From Octopus sinensis (Eukaryota), in contig NC_043006.1 in NCBI RefSeq assembly GCF_006345805.1, forward strand, positions 102,300,001-102,364,000: a stretch of DNA of 64,000 bases. The letters run 5' to 3'. The translations under genes and the position numbers were made by a program. Positions within the stretch are counted from its first letter, which is position 1. Each line of letters starts with the position of its first letter. Positions 1 through 14,086 of the stretch are shown here, piece by piece. The notes under the pieces are model-generated. The model made no database searches and was not told the origin of the DNA. It saw nothing but the letters and a program-made list of their open reading frames with translations.

Positions 1-1320
1 CAATTCTAAGTAATGGATATTAAAAGATTAAGATATTTATCTTGTGTGCTAAAGCAAAAACAAAGATGAAGCTGATTTGAGAAAAGATAAAATTGGAGAT
101 ACTTTCGATGTTCCCTCAAATCAATACCATAAATGTCATTTAGACTGTAATAGATTGATTTTAAAAAAGCCTTCTTATTAAGTGACTATATTAGTTGTCT
201 TTTTTCTCTCCTACACTTTAATGCTAAAAGAAACTGTATTTATATAGGGAAAACTTCAAATGTTCACCAAGAAAATTACTGCTGACTGCCACTCATCAGG
301 TAGAAGGTTAAACATAGATGAGTTTTACAATGTCTATACAAAGTAATAGATATCCTGAGAGTTCAAAAGTTTAGTTATGTGTTGTAAGAATACAGAGGTT
401 CTGAGAAACCAAGCTTAGGAAATTAGATGAAGCTCAGAGTCTAGCTTATCCCCTCACCTCTGTCACTCTGAACTCCTCATGGCATGGCTATGTGGTTAAG
501 AAGCATGCTTCCCAACTATGTGATCTTGAGTTCAGCCCCACTGCATGGTAGTACCTTGGGCAAGTGCCTTCTTTTATTGCCCCACCCTGACCAAAGCCTT
601 GTGAGTGAATTTGGTAGACAGAAACTAAAAGAAGCTTTGTATTATTATCTACCAATGGGACATTATGTGTCAGGACACTGTACTATGAGATCCCTCAGAA
701 GGATAACTCTCAAATCAAAGATATAAGAAATAAAGTGTAGTAGAGACCATAACTACTCATAACATGAAAGATTACTAATAGAATGTCCGTCTGTAAACCT
801 CAATAAAATGCAAACATAGTAGACTAGATATGGTGATTTGGGAGAGGGGGAAGAGAAATTATGGACAGCAGTGGGAGTCAGCTGCCCAGCAGATGTCAAC
901 ATAAGGCTAAAGATCAGTAAAACAAAAGCACCTACGCTGCACTATTGAGAAATATAGGGCTACTTTACCTGGATTACAAGTTCAGATTTATACCAGTAAG
1001 AATTGAGGCTTTAGGATATGTAAGAAACTGACTCACCACCAATCTTGACAAGTTTGGAGTTCTCAAAACTAGGGAGGGATTAGAAAACTACACATACAAA
1101 CAATCAATGGAACTGTCAAAATATGTAAAACTTTTTACAAGTTTAACATGTGACTGTATGAATGAGTACACACATATAAAACAAAGCATCCAGATCTGCA
1201 CATGAACTGACTCTGAACATTTGCCTATATACATGCATAAATGTAGAACTACGTTGTTGATGTTGAAATTTCAATGAAGGAATTTTGGATCTAGGTTAGA
1301 AACCAACGCTTTCTCCATTA

Positions 1321-1549
1321 CTCTTTTATTTGTTTTAGTCATTGACTGTGTCCATGCTGGAGCAGTGGCTTTAATTGAACAAATTGACCCCAGGACTTAT
1401 TCTTTGTAAGCCTGGTACTTATTCTATCGGTTTCTTTTGCCAAACTGCTAAGTTACAGGAACTTAAACATACCAGCATCAGTTGTCAAGCGATGGTGGGG
1501 GCGACAAACACACACACTAACATACAAACACACACACACACATATATAT

Positions 1550-1588
<39 letters not shown>

Positions 1589-1714
1589 GTGCTTCATTCA
1601 GTTTCCATCTACCAAATCCTGTCACAAGGATTTGGTTGGCCTGAGGCTATAGTAGAAGACATTTGCCCATGTGGTTGGTAAGCAAGCTACTTACTACACA
1701 GCCACTCCTGCACC
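1321..1714 (-). mobile_element. SINE family A copy
   Basis: Colinear with 39233-39696. Confidence 0.8.
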
Positions 1715-3477
1715 ATTGTTAAGAAATCTTGAAATAAAATATAAATAACAACATACATATATGTAAAAGACACCCAGTTGGTTCTTAGGAAGGGCATCCA
1801 GCCATAGAAACCAAGTCAAAACAGAATGGACCCTAATGTAGCTCTCTGCGTTACGAGTTCCAATCAAACCGTCTAACCCATGCCATCAGGGAAAATGGAT
1901 GCTAAATAATGATGATGATGATATATACATATGTGTGTCTGTGAACATAAATGTGTGTGTGTGTATTTATAATATATATATATATCATGATACATATGTA
2001 CACATGGACATATATGTGTGTGTATATATAAATAGATGCATATATGGATATGTATGAATGTGAGAGAGAGAGAAAACTTGGTAAACACTGAAATAGGTCT
2101 TTGAAATATCAGTGATACATGATTCAATGCTTGAAGAATTCTGTTCCTTTTATCTTCATTGGATATCAAGTAGGAATGGAATATTTTTGACCTTTTCTCT
2201 TCCCAACCTATAAATAAATCTGTACTGATAAACAAGGTTGAATGGTCACACAGGTAGATCTCAGGGAAGGGAAATGAGTAATTTCCTAAAGCAAATTTCA
2301 AAATAAATTAAAGTTGACTATAAAACCCTGTTAATCTGATTTGAAAGAATATTAATGGTACTTGAACAACAGAAGGACTTTGAGGAATGCTTTTATGTTG
2401 AACGACAAAATTCTTTTAAATTCTCTATTTTCTTACAAGAACCTTTAGAGTTAGTGTTTCTAATAAACAGATCATTCACAACTATGGATTACATTTTACA
2501 CATATCATGCTTGTGATATATTTGCCAGTCTACCTTTCTTTCAAGTTTTTAAGTATAAAGTATGATAAAGTGCAAGAAAGTCAGTAGTTCTATATTTTTA
2601 TTCTTTCTGATTGAGTCTTGATTATATACATCATCATCATCATCTTCCACTTTTCCATGCTTCCTTGCCTCAGACAGAATCCATTGAGGCAGGTTTTCTC
2701 ACTAGATGCCCTTCTAGTCACCAACCCTTTACTTTTCACAGAAACACCAGTTGTATGACAATGATGCTCATTTACTTCTTTCATGTGATGTCAAGACAAA
2801 GTAACACAAACACACACATGCATATATATACAAATACAATGAGCTTCTTTCAGTTTCCAGGTACCAGATCCATTCACAAAGCTTTGGTTGGCTCTGAGCT
2901 ATAGTACAAAAAATTTGCCCAAAGTGTCATACAGTAGAACTGAACTTGAAACCATGTAATTGGAAAGCAAATTTCATAATGAGACGGTCATGCCTCTGCC
3001 TGATTTGTTTATATGCAATTTGATGTTATTGCATTAAACATTTGTTCTTTTATGAAAACTCTAAATCATTTTTCTGTGTGAAGCCCAACAGATCATCAAT
3101 TGTTTTCTAGTTTGATATTGATTTATCCTATGCTTTGTTTTATCTACTCTCCTCTCAGTTTAAAGAAGCCAGAACATTTCTGTACGTTTTCAAAGCCAAC
3201 TAATAACAGAACTGTTATATAATTACAACTTGTAAATGTTAGAGTAAGATTATTATTTTAGAACCCATTTAAGAATAAAAAGGGAACATTTGCTGATGGT
3301 GTGACTGTAAACTAAGACTAGAGTCAAGTCATGTTTATCATGAAAATTTAAGTTGGCCGAAACTCCAAGTTTCACATATTGGTTTGTTCAGTCAGTGATA
3401 AAAGTTTTACCAGATTGTTTTTATGCACAAGGAGGAAATCCTCATCATAAAAACCAGGTGTATATGATGGGTTTTAC

Positions 3478-3720
3478 ATCATGGTCATCATTTTAACGTC
3501 CTCCTTTCCATACATGCATGGGTCTGATGGAGTGAATCGAGGCAGATTTTCTTTGGCTGGATGCTCTTCATGACACCAACCATCACCCGTTTCTAAGCAA
3601 CGTAATATTTCTCCATAGCTAGATGTGTTTTTTGCAGAATATTGGAAATGACGGATGCTGCTTATATGGCAGTGATGCTCATTTACAACTATCATACGAT
3701 GTCAAAACAAGGAGGCACAA
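3478..3720 (-). mobile_element. Old RTE-related 3' end stub
   Basis: ttaacgtcc..tttccat..atgcatgggt...ctggatgc; similar stubs near 1775-1921, 2630-2800, 31090-31300, 56130-56290 and 58270-58440. Confidence 0.6.
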
Positions 3721-3774
3721 ACACGCATGCACATGCACAAGCACACACACACTCATGCACACCCTGTATCTTTT

Positions 3775-4144
3775 ATCCTTTACTTGTTTCTGTTAGTGGA
3801 CTGCAGCCATGCTGGGGCACTACCTTGGTGGGTTTTAGTCAAATGGATCAGACCCCCATTACATATTTCTTTTAGTGTTGCCCTTCTTGTATCACTTTCT
3901 TTTGCCAAACCACTGTTACAGCAATGCAAACAAACCAGCACCAGTTGTCAAACGCAGGTGCAAACATACACACAAATATATGCGGTGAGCTTCCTTTCAG
4001 TTTTCTGTCTGCCAAATCCATTCACAAGACTTTGTTCAGCCCAGGGATATCGTTGAAGGCCTTTGCCCAAAGTGCCATGCAATAGAACTGAACTTGAATC
4101 CATGTGTTTGAAAGTTAACATCTTAACAATACAGCCATGCCTGC
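3775..4144 (-). mobile_element. SINE family A copy
   Basis: Colinear with 39233-39696, more diverged. Confidence 0.7.
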
Positions 4145-4239
4145 GTTTATTACAATTTGTTGAAAACTCTCAATGAAAGGAATTTATATTTTATTTGAGA
4201 GAGTAAACTAAATGAGTGTCTAAAGAGCAAGAAGCAAAT

Positions 4240-4460
4240 TGACCCCTTGGCAGTCAGATTATTCTGTCAAATGTAAGGATTGTTTATTCACTTTGTTTTT
4301 AATTAATCATACTCTGTCTTATAACTTTGAGATTTTGATGATGTAATTATTTATTTTGAGAACGCCATTGCAGGGTAGATGGGAGAGGCTAGATCTAGAT
4401 GGTTTAAACATAAAAGCAGTAAAATATTTGAGCCAGATGTGACCAGTTTAAAAGCTACAA
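4240..4460. mobile_element. Interspersed MITE-like repeat (partial relative near 16980-17150)
   Basis: Shared gagag.c.agatct.g..aatttgaac.taaaa segment. Confidence 0.5.
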
Positions 4461-5694
4461 TGATAAACATGTAGGTCAGAAGATTGGCAGGTGGAATGGA
4501 AGGTTTAGAGAGAGAGAGAGAGAGAGAGAGTGATATAAAGAAAAAAAGTGATGAGAATGTTTATTGGGGAATGATCGTTCTAAGGTTGGATAAAAACAGT
4601 AACTTAGTATAATTCTGGGTAGCTTGTAAATGGACTGACTTTAACAATGATTTTATTTTTTTTTAAATGTTTGTTAGTGACTGAAGCAGTATTAATGCTA
4701 ACAGGTAATATTTATCCCCACTTAAGTGTGGGTGTTGCGTTAGAACATAAAATACTGTGATAATTGCTAGGAGAGAAACCCTCATATTACCTTCCGGTGC
4801 ATATGAGCACTTTTATCTGGTAGTCTTGGTGGTAGCTATGGGGATTGCAGGTGGTTTATCTCCCCACTAGTGATGTAAGTAATGGTGCTTTTATACACCC
4901 CAGAAGCCAATATGAGAGTTTCTCTCATGGTAACTATCATGATTTAATTGTTTGCATTGTTGTTAGATCAGATCAGGTTTAGGGGCATGTGCCATTGCAG
5001 TGCATGGCTGTATCCACTATTTGTCAGTATCTGCTCAGTTCATTCAGAGCAACCCTCTGAGCACTGTCCCAGTCAGTCCCCTTCTCTGCAAGATACTTCC
5101 TCATCAGTTGTGGCCAACCAACATGAGCTGTCACCCCAGCCAGATCCTCAGAGAAGAGAACACAATACACAGGATCCAATTCAGAAAATCGAGCAGCATC
5201 GTCCAACAATCTAAGCTAATATATATATATTATATTATGAAAGGACCCTGACCACCCCCACCTAACTAAAAGTGGACTGATGCATTTCTATAAAATAAAT
5301 AACTGTCAGAGCTGACAGTCAGTGGTTGATGACAGCGAACAGTTGACAGTGTTGATTAATCATATTGGATGTTGTGTTAGTTTAATATGGTAACTATGTT
5401 TGGCATAGCACAGAGCACATTCTGTGTGAACATATTAATTCTGCGAAAGGTTATTCTAGATAACCATATCCAAATATTCATTTGGGTAATACTATTCTAC
5501 ACCCTTGTGCACACCCCAACATTGTCATAACATTAGTGGCAACGAGATATTCAAACCCCCAAAAACATAACAAGTCTTTTACATCAACCCCAATCGAACA
5601 GATAAAAGGCAAAGTCAACCTCAGTGGAATTTGAACTTAGAATGTAAGATGGATGAAATACCACCAAGCCCAGTGTGCTGACAATTCTTCTATT

Positions 5695-6112
5695 TGAATC
5701 TTTTCTGTTTGAATGGCAGTTTTTAGCATAATTTCTAGGTAACTAAAAAATTTTAAACTTCATATACTGGTAGAATATGTTTATAAAACATCTTTTTCTC
5801 TTGGCTTTATTGAGAAAATTCTATAGTTTGTAAGATATTTGTTGTTTTTTTCTTCAATTTCTGCAATTTCAACCAATCGATGATGTCCATTGAGGTAAAA
5901 AACATTTTGTGCCGTATAAATATGTTCCTCATTTAAGAAACAGATTGGGTTTATTTACATTTCTGAAGAAAAAAAGATACCCTTCCCCCCACTCCTAACC
6001 CTAATCCTAAAACAGATTGAAATGCAATAGATCGATACTAGGGTCATAATTATGGGTGACAATTTCATATGACACCGCTAGAAAAAACTGCCGTTCAAAC
6101 CGAAAAGATCCC
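5695..6112. mobile_element. MITE with about 28-bp TIRs (GGG-start, possibly PIF/Harbinger-type)
   Basis: tgaatcttttctgtttgaatggcagttttt versus the reverse complement of the right end, gggatcttttcggtttgaacggcagttttt. Superfamily inferred from the GGG terminus only. Confidence 0.7.
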
Positions 6113-7126
6113 TGCTATCTTGCCACCTTAAAGCTGAGATATATTGATAGAAGTACATACCTACTATAAGTATATATTTTTAAAGTCTCCTTAAGAAACT
6201 AATTTGTGGTTAGTGGTAGATTAGAATTACAAGTTGAAATAAATGTTTTGTAAATGAAAACTTCAAGTCTTTTAATATTCTATTAGCTAATAAGAACTAT
6301 TAAATTACTGAAAGCTGTTAGAAGCCTCAGGAATAAATAAGTAATGTGAATTTTAATGAAAAATAAATAAACTTACTTTACAATAATTAGATTAAATGAA
6401 CAAAGCTAAAAGCTAACAGTGGGGAGGTAATATAACTGCAATCACACACGTATGGGAAATTAGACTGAAGGGAAATATTTATAAAATGGGCATAAAAACA
6501 TGCTTATGGAAACCTCAAAACTTATAAATTACTCATGTCTATTTAAATAAATAAATTAAAAGAAAAATAAACTGGATTGTATTTTAAAGTATGCATTAAT
6601 TCAATTAGGTGCTATATAAAATTATTAAATGTAAGATAGGGCATATACAGAGTAATAATTAAAGAAATCTTAAGAGAAGCCTATAAATTATATATAGGAT
6701 GATGGTTGTATAAAGTTATTGTGTCTGTTTGAGCTTTTATCTCTCATTTGTGTATTCGAGTTGTGAAATCTTTATAAAATTATACAAAACTGTACAGAGT
6801 GATATTTCCAATCAACATCACATCAGAATGGATTTAAATTGTAAGAACAATCTTATATATGGGAGCAATAGTACAAGAAAGCAAGGGAAGAATTACTTCT
6901 AAGTTTGAAATGAATGTCCATCCATCCATCCATCCATCCATCCATCCATCGAGAAAAGAAACACACACCAAGTTACAGAGCAGTAGAGTATATAGATAAA
7001 GATAGATATGGCCAGTTTATGGAATTACCCAGGGTTTCATGTCCATAAAGGGCTTAGCTTTACAGCATTTCTTTAGACTCTAAACTCATTGGCCTATGGC
7101 CTATCTTGCATATATATATATATACC

Positions 7127-7360
7127 GGAGTAAACACATAAATGTGAAACAAGGTGGAAAAAAGAGTACTCAAATACCAGTGGTAGAGTAATATGCTTTA
7201 TTTAAAGCAGCAGAAAATTCAACAAAACCTGTTACTCTGAGTTTCCCGTTGTCATTCATCGGACAGTTTTTGCTAGAATCCAGCAAAAACTGTCCGATGA
7301 ACGGCAACGGGAAACTCAGAGTAACAGGTTTTGTTGAATTTTCTGCTGCTTTAAATAAAG
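7127..7360. mobile_element. Fold-back element in (TA)n, probably Penelope pLTR-derived; 79-bp inverted arms 7196-7274 / 7282-7360
   Basis: Arms differ at 2 positions; 7-nt loop; the left side extends about 70 bp beyond the palindrome; TA tracts on both flanks; HHR-like motif in each arm. Confidence 0.75.
7290..7327 (+). ncRNA. Degenerate minimal hammerhead-like motif (mirror copy 7229-7266 on -)
   Basis: CUGU CCGAUGA ACG-GCAA-CGG GAAA CUC-A-GAG UA^ ACAG. Stem I CUGU/ACAG; near-palindromic stem III; U4C core change; first stem II pair is A/G. Confidence 0.6.
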
Positions 7361-7407
7361 TATATATATATATATATATATAGATATAGATCAATAAATG
7401 GTGGGGT

Positions 7408-7448
<41 letters not shown>

Positions 7449-8127
7449 TTCTGGGTCCATTCCCACTGCTTGGCACCTTGGGCAAGTGTCTTCTACAATA
7501 ACCTCAGGCTGACCAAAGCCTTATGAGTGGATTAGGTAGACAGAAATCGGAAGAAGTTTATCATATGTGTGTGCATGTGTTTCCCACCACCACCACCACT
7601 TGACAACCAGTACTGATACGTTTATATCCCCATAACTTAGCAGTTTGGCAAAAGAAAAGAATTACTAGGTTTGATTAGTTCAACTAAAATTCCTCAAAAC
7701 TTGTCCACAGTCTTTACATATTGAGTTCAAGTTCCACCAAGGTCGACTTTGCCTTTCATCCTTTCAGAATCAATAAATCAAGTACTGGTGAAACACTGGG
7801 GTTGATGTAATCAACTTATTCCTGCCCCCAAAATTTCAGGCCTTGTGTCTTTAATAGAAAGGATTATTATAATTATTAAGACAGCGAGCTGCAGAACCAT
7901 TAGTATACCGAGCAAAATGCTTAGTGGCATTTCGTCTGTTTTTATGTTCTGAGTTCAAATTCTGCCAAGGTTGACCTTGCCTTTCATCTTCTTGGGAGTC
8001 AATGAAATAAGTAGCAGCTGAGCACTGGGGCCGATGGGATCAAACTAGTCCCCTCAAACCCCTCCCCTCAAATTTTAGGCCTTGTGCCTATAGTAGAAAG
8101 GATTACTCTTATTGTTGTTATTAGCAG

Positions 8128-8147
8128 GGGTGGTGGTGGTGGTAGCA

Positions 8148-8233
<86 letters not shown>

Positions 8234-8240
8234 TGCAGCA
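8128..8240. repeat. Compound microsatellite (GGT)n(AGC)n(AGT)n
   Basis: Direct reading; source of the poly-S/A/V ORFs. Confidence 0.95.
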
Positions 8241-8812
8241 GTTATCCCAATTATTACCCCAAGTCTGGATATTTCTTTGTACCTGATAATGTCTGTCTTT
8301 CTAGCAGTTTATATTTCCATTTATAAATATATACTTATATACACATTCACACACAGCTATATATGCATCTACTCACAAGGCTTTTTTTATGTAAAGGAGA
8401 GTGGGATGGCGGGGTGGCCAGGTGGGGTGTAGTCAGGTGAATAAACTCAATCATCTTATTGACCGATTCTTATTTTATCAATCACATTTTATTATGAACA
8501 TTACAGAGAGATTATTTGCATCTTTCCTTTTCATACATCTAAGAGATGCTGTCATTGACATATCTAAGAAAAGCTGTCACTGAATTTTTAGTTCTCATAC
8601 ACACACACACACACACACACACTTTATTCATTTCTCTCGTGTTCCATAACTAACCTTGATGCTTCATCTTTATTTTCCTCTATCTTCTTTTTTAAGTTTT
8701 AATTCTATTTGACCAATTCTCCTCCCAACTTTCCCCTTCGCACCTTCCTCATGCTACTTTTATGATTATATATCTCACTTCTTATAGATGTTCTGTGTCT
8801 TTATATGTGGGT

Positions 8813-8858
<46 letters not shown>

Positions 8859-9171
8859 ACAGACACATCAGGATTTACAGTTTCACAGTTTTATGTCCTG
8901 AGTTAGTAATAACAGCAAAGAATCAATCCAAAGCAGGCAGTTACAGTGGGCACATCTAGGTGGATGGACAGTTACAGCCGTACACACAGTCAAATGCTTG
9001 CCATCACGTTGTTTATTAGCTATTTTGTATGTATATCTAGGTAGATGGATAGAGTATAACATTTCCTCTCTAATATGAAAATGATGTGGTTTCAATTCCT
9101 AATCATTGCTATTTATTTTTATTTCTTTTAATTAGCATTGATTTAAAATTAAGCTGTTATCTTTTACCATT

Positions 9172-9549
9172 TATCTTTTACTTGTTTCAGTCATTAGACT
9201 GTGGCCATGCTGGGGCACCACCTTGAAGAAATTTTAGTCAAATGACTGATCCCCAGTACTTTTTTTAAGCCTAGTACTTTCTTGGTCTCCTTTGCCAAAC
9301 CACTTAGTGGGAGACATAAACACACCAACACTGGTTGTGAAGTAGTGATGAGACACACACACACACACACACACATAGACACATAATATGATGGTTTTCT
9401 TTCAGTTTCTGTCTACCAAATCCACTCACAGCGCTTTGATTGGCTTGAGGGTATAGTAGTAGAAACTTGTTCTAGGTGCCATGCAGCAGGACTGAACCTA
9501 GATCCATGTGTTTGAGAAGCAAACTTCTAACTCCACAGTCACATCTGTC
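9172..9549 (-). mobile_element. SINE family A copy
   Basis: Colinear with 39233-39696. Confidence 0.75.
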
Positions 9550-9977
9550 AAACTTTTGTATTCAGATGAAATCTCCAAAGGAGTTGGTAAAATTTTTATG
9601 AGATGTTATACGTCTTTAAAAATCAGCAAATAAGTTCTGTAATCAAGAAATAAAGCTGTGAATATTTCAGTAAGCTATTTAAATTGTGTAGCATTTAGAA
9701 TTATGATACTAAAGTCTAACTTGTGTTCTTTAAATTCAATTATATCTTTAGGCTGAATTGCGGGTTTTACTGTTCATTTGTGACCTTGCAACAGTGGAAG
9801 TGAACATATCTGTACATACAAGCTATTAAGTTATTATATGTCTCTTACTGTAACAGTTGCAATATACATACATATATGTGCGTGTGTGTGTGTTAGTTGT
9901 GTGAAGGTATATATATATATATATATATATGTGTGTATGTGTGTGTATATATATATATGCATCTGTGTTTGTGTGTG

Positions 9978-10010
<33 letters not shown>

Positions 10011-10126
10011 GTATGTATACACTCTACAGCTTTTAAAACAATTAGGTAAAGGTTGTAAATGTCAGCTGTAACACACTCTTTGGGTATATTTGAAGGAAGT
10101 TTCAAATTTAAAGTTCTGTAAAGTGT

Positions 10127-13100
10127 ATCATCATCATCGTTGTTGTTTAACATCCGCTTTCCATGCTGGCATGGCTTGGATGGTTTGACTGAGGGCTGGT
10201 GAGCCAAAAGGCTGCACCAGACCCCAATCTGATCTGGCAAACTTTCTACAGCTGGACACCCTTTCTAAAGCCAACCATTCTGTGTACTGGATCCTTTTAC
10301 GTGCCACCAGCACAAGGGCCAGTCAGGTGGCCCCTTGCATCGGACATGCTCAAAGGGTACTTTTTACGTGCCACCTGCACAGGATCTAGTCAGGCGGTAC
10401 TGGCAACGAGCACGCTCAAATGGTGCTTTTAATGTTCCACTGGCAGAGGTGCCAATCAGGTGGTACTGTCATCTGCCACAACAATGATTTCCCTTGCCTC
10501 AACAGGTCTTCGCAAGCGTAGTTTATTGTCCAATGATTCAAGGGTACTCTTAAATGGGCTGGTTATACAGCACTGGCATAGGCTATAGTTACGGTCTCAC
10601 TTGGCTTGCTGGGTCTTCTCAAGCACAGCATATCTCCAAAGGTCTCGGTCACTTTTCATTGTCTTGGTGAGGCCCAATGTTCGAAGGTCGTGCTTCACCA
10701 CCTCATCCCAGGTCTTCCTAGGTCTACCTCTTCCACAGGTTCCCTCAACTGCTAGGGTGTGACACTTTTTCACACAGCTGTCCTCATCCATTTGCAACAT
10801 ATGACCATATCAGCACAGTCACTCTCTTGCACACCTCATCTGATGCTTCTTAAGTCCAGCTTTTCTCTCAGGGCACTTACACTCTGTCGAGTATGCGCAC
10901 TGACATTACACATCCAGCGGAGCATACTGGCTTCATTTCTTGCAAGCTTACGCATGTCCTCAACAGTCACGGCCCATGTTTCACTGCCATGTAGCATGGC
11001 TGTTCGTACACATGCATCATACAGTCTGCCTTTTACTCTAAGCAAAAGGCCCTTTGTCACCAGCAGAAGTAGGAGCTCTCGGAACTTTGCCCAGGCTGTT
11101 CTTATTCTAGCAGTTACACTTTCAGAGCATCCACCCCCGCTACTGACTTGATCACCTAGGTAACAGAAGCTATCAACTACTTGTACTTTTTCCCCCTGGA
11201 ATGTGACGGAAGCTGTTCTCTGCACATTTTCAGTGTTTATTGCTCCTGAGCATTTGTCACAAACAAAAAGTATCTTCCCAGTTAGCCTTCGTTTGATATT
11301 ACTGCACCTCTTATATGTCCATAGCTTACACTGGGTACATCTTATGGAGTTTCTACCTACACCTTTTCTACAGATTGAGTAGGGCCATCTACCTGAAGGG
11401 ATTTGTGGTTTGTCTGCCTTCCTACTTATTAAGACTTTGGTTTCTGCTAGGTTGACTCTAAGGCCCTTCGATTCTAATCCATGCTTACACATCTGAAACT
11501 TCTCCTCTAGTTCTGATAGTGACTCAGCAATTAGAGCAAAGTCATCAGCATAGAGAAGCTCCCAGGAGCATCCTATCTTGAATTCCTCTGTTATTGCCTG
11601 GAGGACTATGATGAATAAGAGGGGGCTAAGGACTGATCCTTGGTGTATCCCTACTCAGAATTCTTCACTGTACTCATTGCCAACTCTCTCCTTACTGACA
11701 GCATCCCTGTACATGGCTTGTACAGCTCTCACTCACCATTCATCTATCCCTAGTTTCCTCATTGACTACCAGATAAGGAACGGGGGACTTTGTCAAAGGC
11801 TTTCTCCATGACAATGAAAGCCAGGTACAGAGGTTTATCTTTAGCTAGGTATTTCTCCTGCAGCTGTCATACCAGAAATATAGCATCAGTGGTACTTTTC
11901 CCTGGCACAAACCCAGACTGCCTCTCATCTAGACTGACTCTCTCCCTAATTAGTTGGGCTATGACCCTCTCCATGACCTTCGTTACCTGATCCAACAGCT
12001 TTATACCTCTGTAATTATTTGTATCTAATACATCACCTTTACCTTTGTAGCAATTGACTATGGTGCTGCTACACCAGTCATTGAATATGACTGCTTCATG
12101 TATCACTTGATTGACTATACGGATGACTAGACTATGGCTGACTTCACCAGATATTTTGAACATCTCTGTGGTGATTCCTGATGGGCCGGGGGCTTTCCCT
12201 GTCTTCATACCCTTAATTGCTTTATCTACCAAGGTTCTGTCAATTCGGATAGCTGGTCCCTCTGTTAGGTCTACATTCGGCAGACTCTCTTTCTCCCATT
12301 CATTCTCTTTATTTAGCAACCTTTCATAGTGGCATCTCCAAGTCTCTCTCCTTGCAGCCTTGTTAAATGCAAGTAAGCTGTCATCCATGCGGACACATTT
12401 CTCTCCTATGACATCATGATTCTCTCTCATGCACTTTCTTGCAACATGAAACATCTCTAGTCTTTGGTCCTCACAACACAGAACATTGGCAAATATTTTT
12501 CTTATCTGCTTCCCTTCTGGCTAAATAAACCTATCTCCTCACTTCCCTTCTGGCAGTCTGATACAATTCCCTGCTACCCCCATTCTTCCAATCTTTCCAT
12601 ACCTGTTTCTTTTCCCTAATGGCCCTGTCAACTACATTGTTCTACCACCACATTACCTTGGGTCGAGAGGGGACTTTGCACCATCCACAGATCTGGTCAG
12701 TAGCCCTCAACAGGTTGTCCCATAGGAAACTCCAGTTGTCTTCCACATCCTGTGATGCTATATCCCCCTCTATTTCATCAAAAGCTTCGAGTAATATGTC
12801 TCTAAATCTCTGTCCATTCACAGGATCCTTAAGCTTCCAGACCCTTCTTCTCTGTGCTGGTCATCTTCTGGGCATCCATTTAGCCCTGATCCTGAAGTCG
12901 CTAACTACTAATCTATGTTGTGGGGTGCATTCTTCACCTGGGAAGGTTTGGCATTTATAAGTAGCCATCTTTCCCGTTTCCTGGCAAAGATTTAGTCAAT
13001 TTGACTAGTGTGTCTACCAGATCGGTAGGTGAATAGGTGACTGGTAGGTTGCCTGTGGTTACTGTTACAAACCATAAGATCATTTGTATCACAGAACTCC

Positions 13101-13655
13101 AGAAGCCTGGTTCTCTCCTCATTGCGAAAACCAAAACGATAGCCTACAAATATGCCATGGAAGCCCCCTGCATGTTGTCCAACATGTCAATTGAAGTCAC
13201 CAGCCACAAAGAGAAGGTCCCTGTCATTCGTTGATGAGCTAGTCTGCAAGAAGGTGTCATAAAATCATTCTTTCTGTCCATCAGGTGGCCCCAACTGAGG
13301 GGCATAGGCCGAGATAATGGTTGCTAACCCATGATGAAGCACTAATCTAATCTTAAGTATTCTATCGCAGACTCTGACTACCTCTATTACCTTATCAACC
13401 CATTTCTCCGCATGAAGTATACCCACAGCCCTGACCCCATTATTGTTCCCTGCCCAGAAAATCTTATACCTTTGTTCTTTGCCTGTGAGGAACCTAGCAG
13501 AACCTCCTCTCCACCTTACTTCATGGATGCAGCATAAATCTACGCGTCTCCATTCAAGCATCTCACCAATATCACCAGACCTACCTTTCAGTGTGCCCAC
13601 ATTGAGTGTGCCAACCCTGAGGGTGTGGGAGGTGTGGGCCCATGAGCAACAATAA
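10127..13655 (-). mobile_element. Near-full-length, decayed RTE-clade LINE (APE + RT)
   Basis: VGTLNVGTLKGRSG, DLCCIHEVRWRG, ISAYAPQ (APE); GKAPGPSG, NYRGIKLL, GFVPGKSTTDAIF, GIHQGSVLSPL, LLYADD, HGSETW, GRGRPRKTW (RT); (GAT)n 3' tail; several frameshifts and stops. Confidence 0.95.
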
Positions 13656-13990
13656 TGGATACCTTCATATTCTCACTAGCAGATTCTGAGTAATATTAGA
13701 TCTCAATATATTTACCAAATGAAGACAAAATAATAGTCATTTATTATTGGCACTTTTCCTCTTGTTTATATATATATTTTTTAATTAAGACTAGAAATTA
13801 ATTATTTCATGATCAACTTGTAAATTCTTCACATCATCAAATGCATGTGTGTGTGTGTGTGTGTGTCCTGTATAAAATTCTCCAGTGGTAGTGTGAGGGA
13901 GGGAGAGAAACGCGAGTGTTTGAGAAAGTTTCATATAATGTTTGATTTCCTATATTTTATGACCGTATTTCATTTTATTTTTGTCTGTAG

Positions 13991-14086
13991 GGATCTGACG
14001 GGCAACAATTTGGGAGCACATTGGCTTGGAGGACTTAACATCTCTTACAGTACTGGGCCTGGTTATTCAGAACCTAGAAACAACAG
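13991..14086 (+). CDS. M28B (GCPII/NAALADase-like) gene, internal exon A: DLTGNNLGAHWLGGLNISYSTGPGYSEPRNN
   Basis: Acceptor ttgtctgtAG at 13981-13990, donor GTttgt at 14087; 96 nt, phase 2/2. WLGGLNISYSTGPGY resembles GCPII WRGSLKVPYNVGPGF (end of PA/apical domain). Joins exon B in frame. Confidence 0.85.

Noticed and set aside
860-950. ADVNIRLKISKTKA, resembling RT thumb DVNIRISKA
   Set aside because: Too short; not supported by neighbouring frames.
1873-2301. 142-aa minus-strand ORF with a protein-like first half
   Set aside because: No recognisable motif or splice context; the second half is a microsatellite; expected by chance in 64 kb.
4950-5210. Minus-strand peptide GWPQLMRKYLAEKGTDWDSAQRVALN resembling a LINE RT C-terminus
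   Set aside because: Suggestive of a very old LINE 3' end, but too degenerate to call without a profile search.
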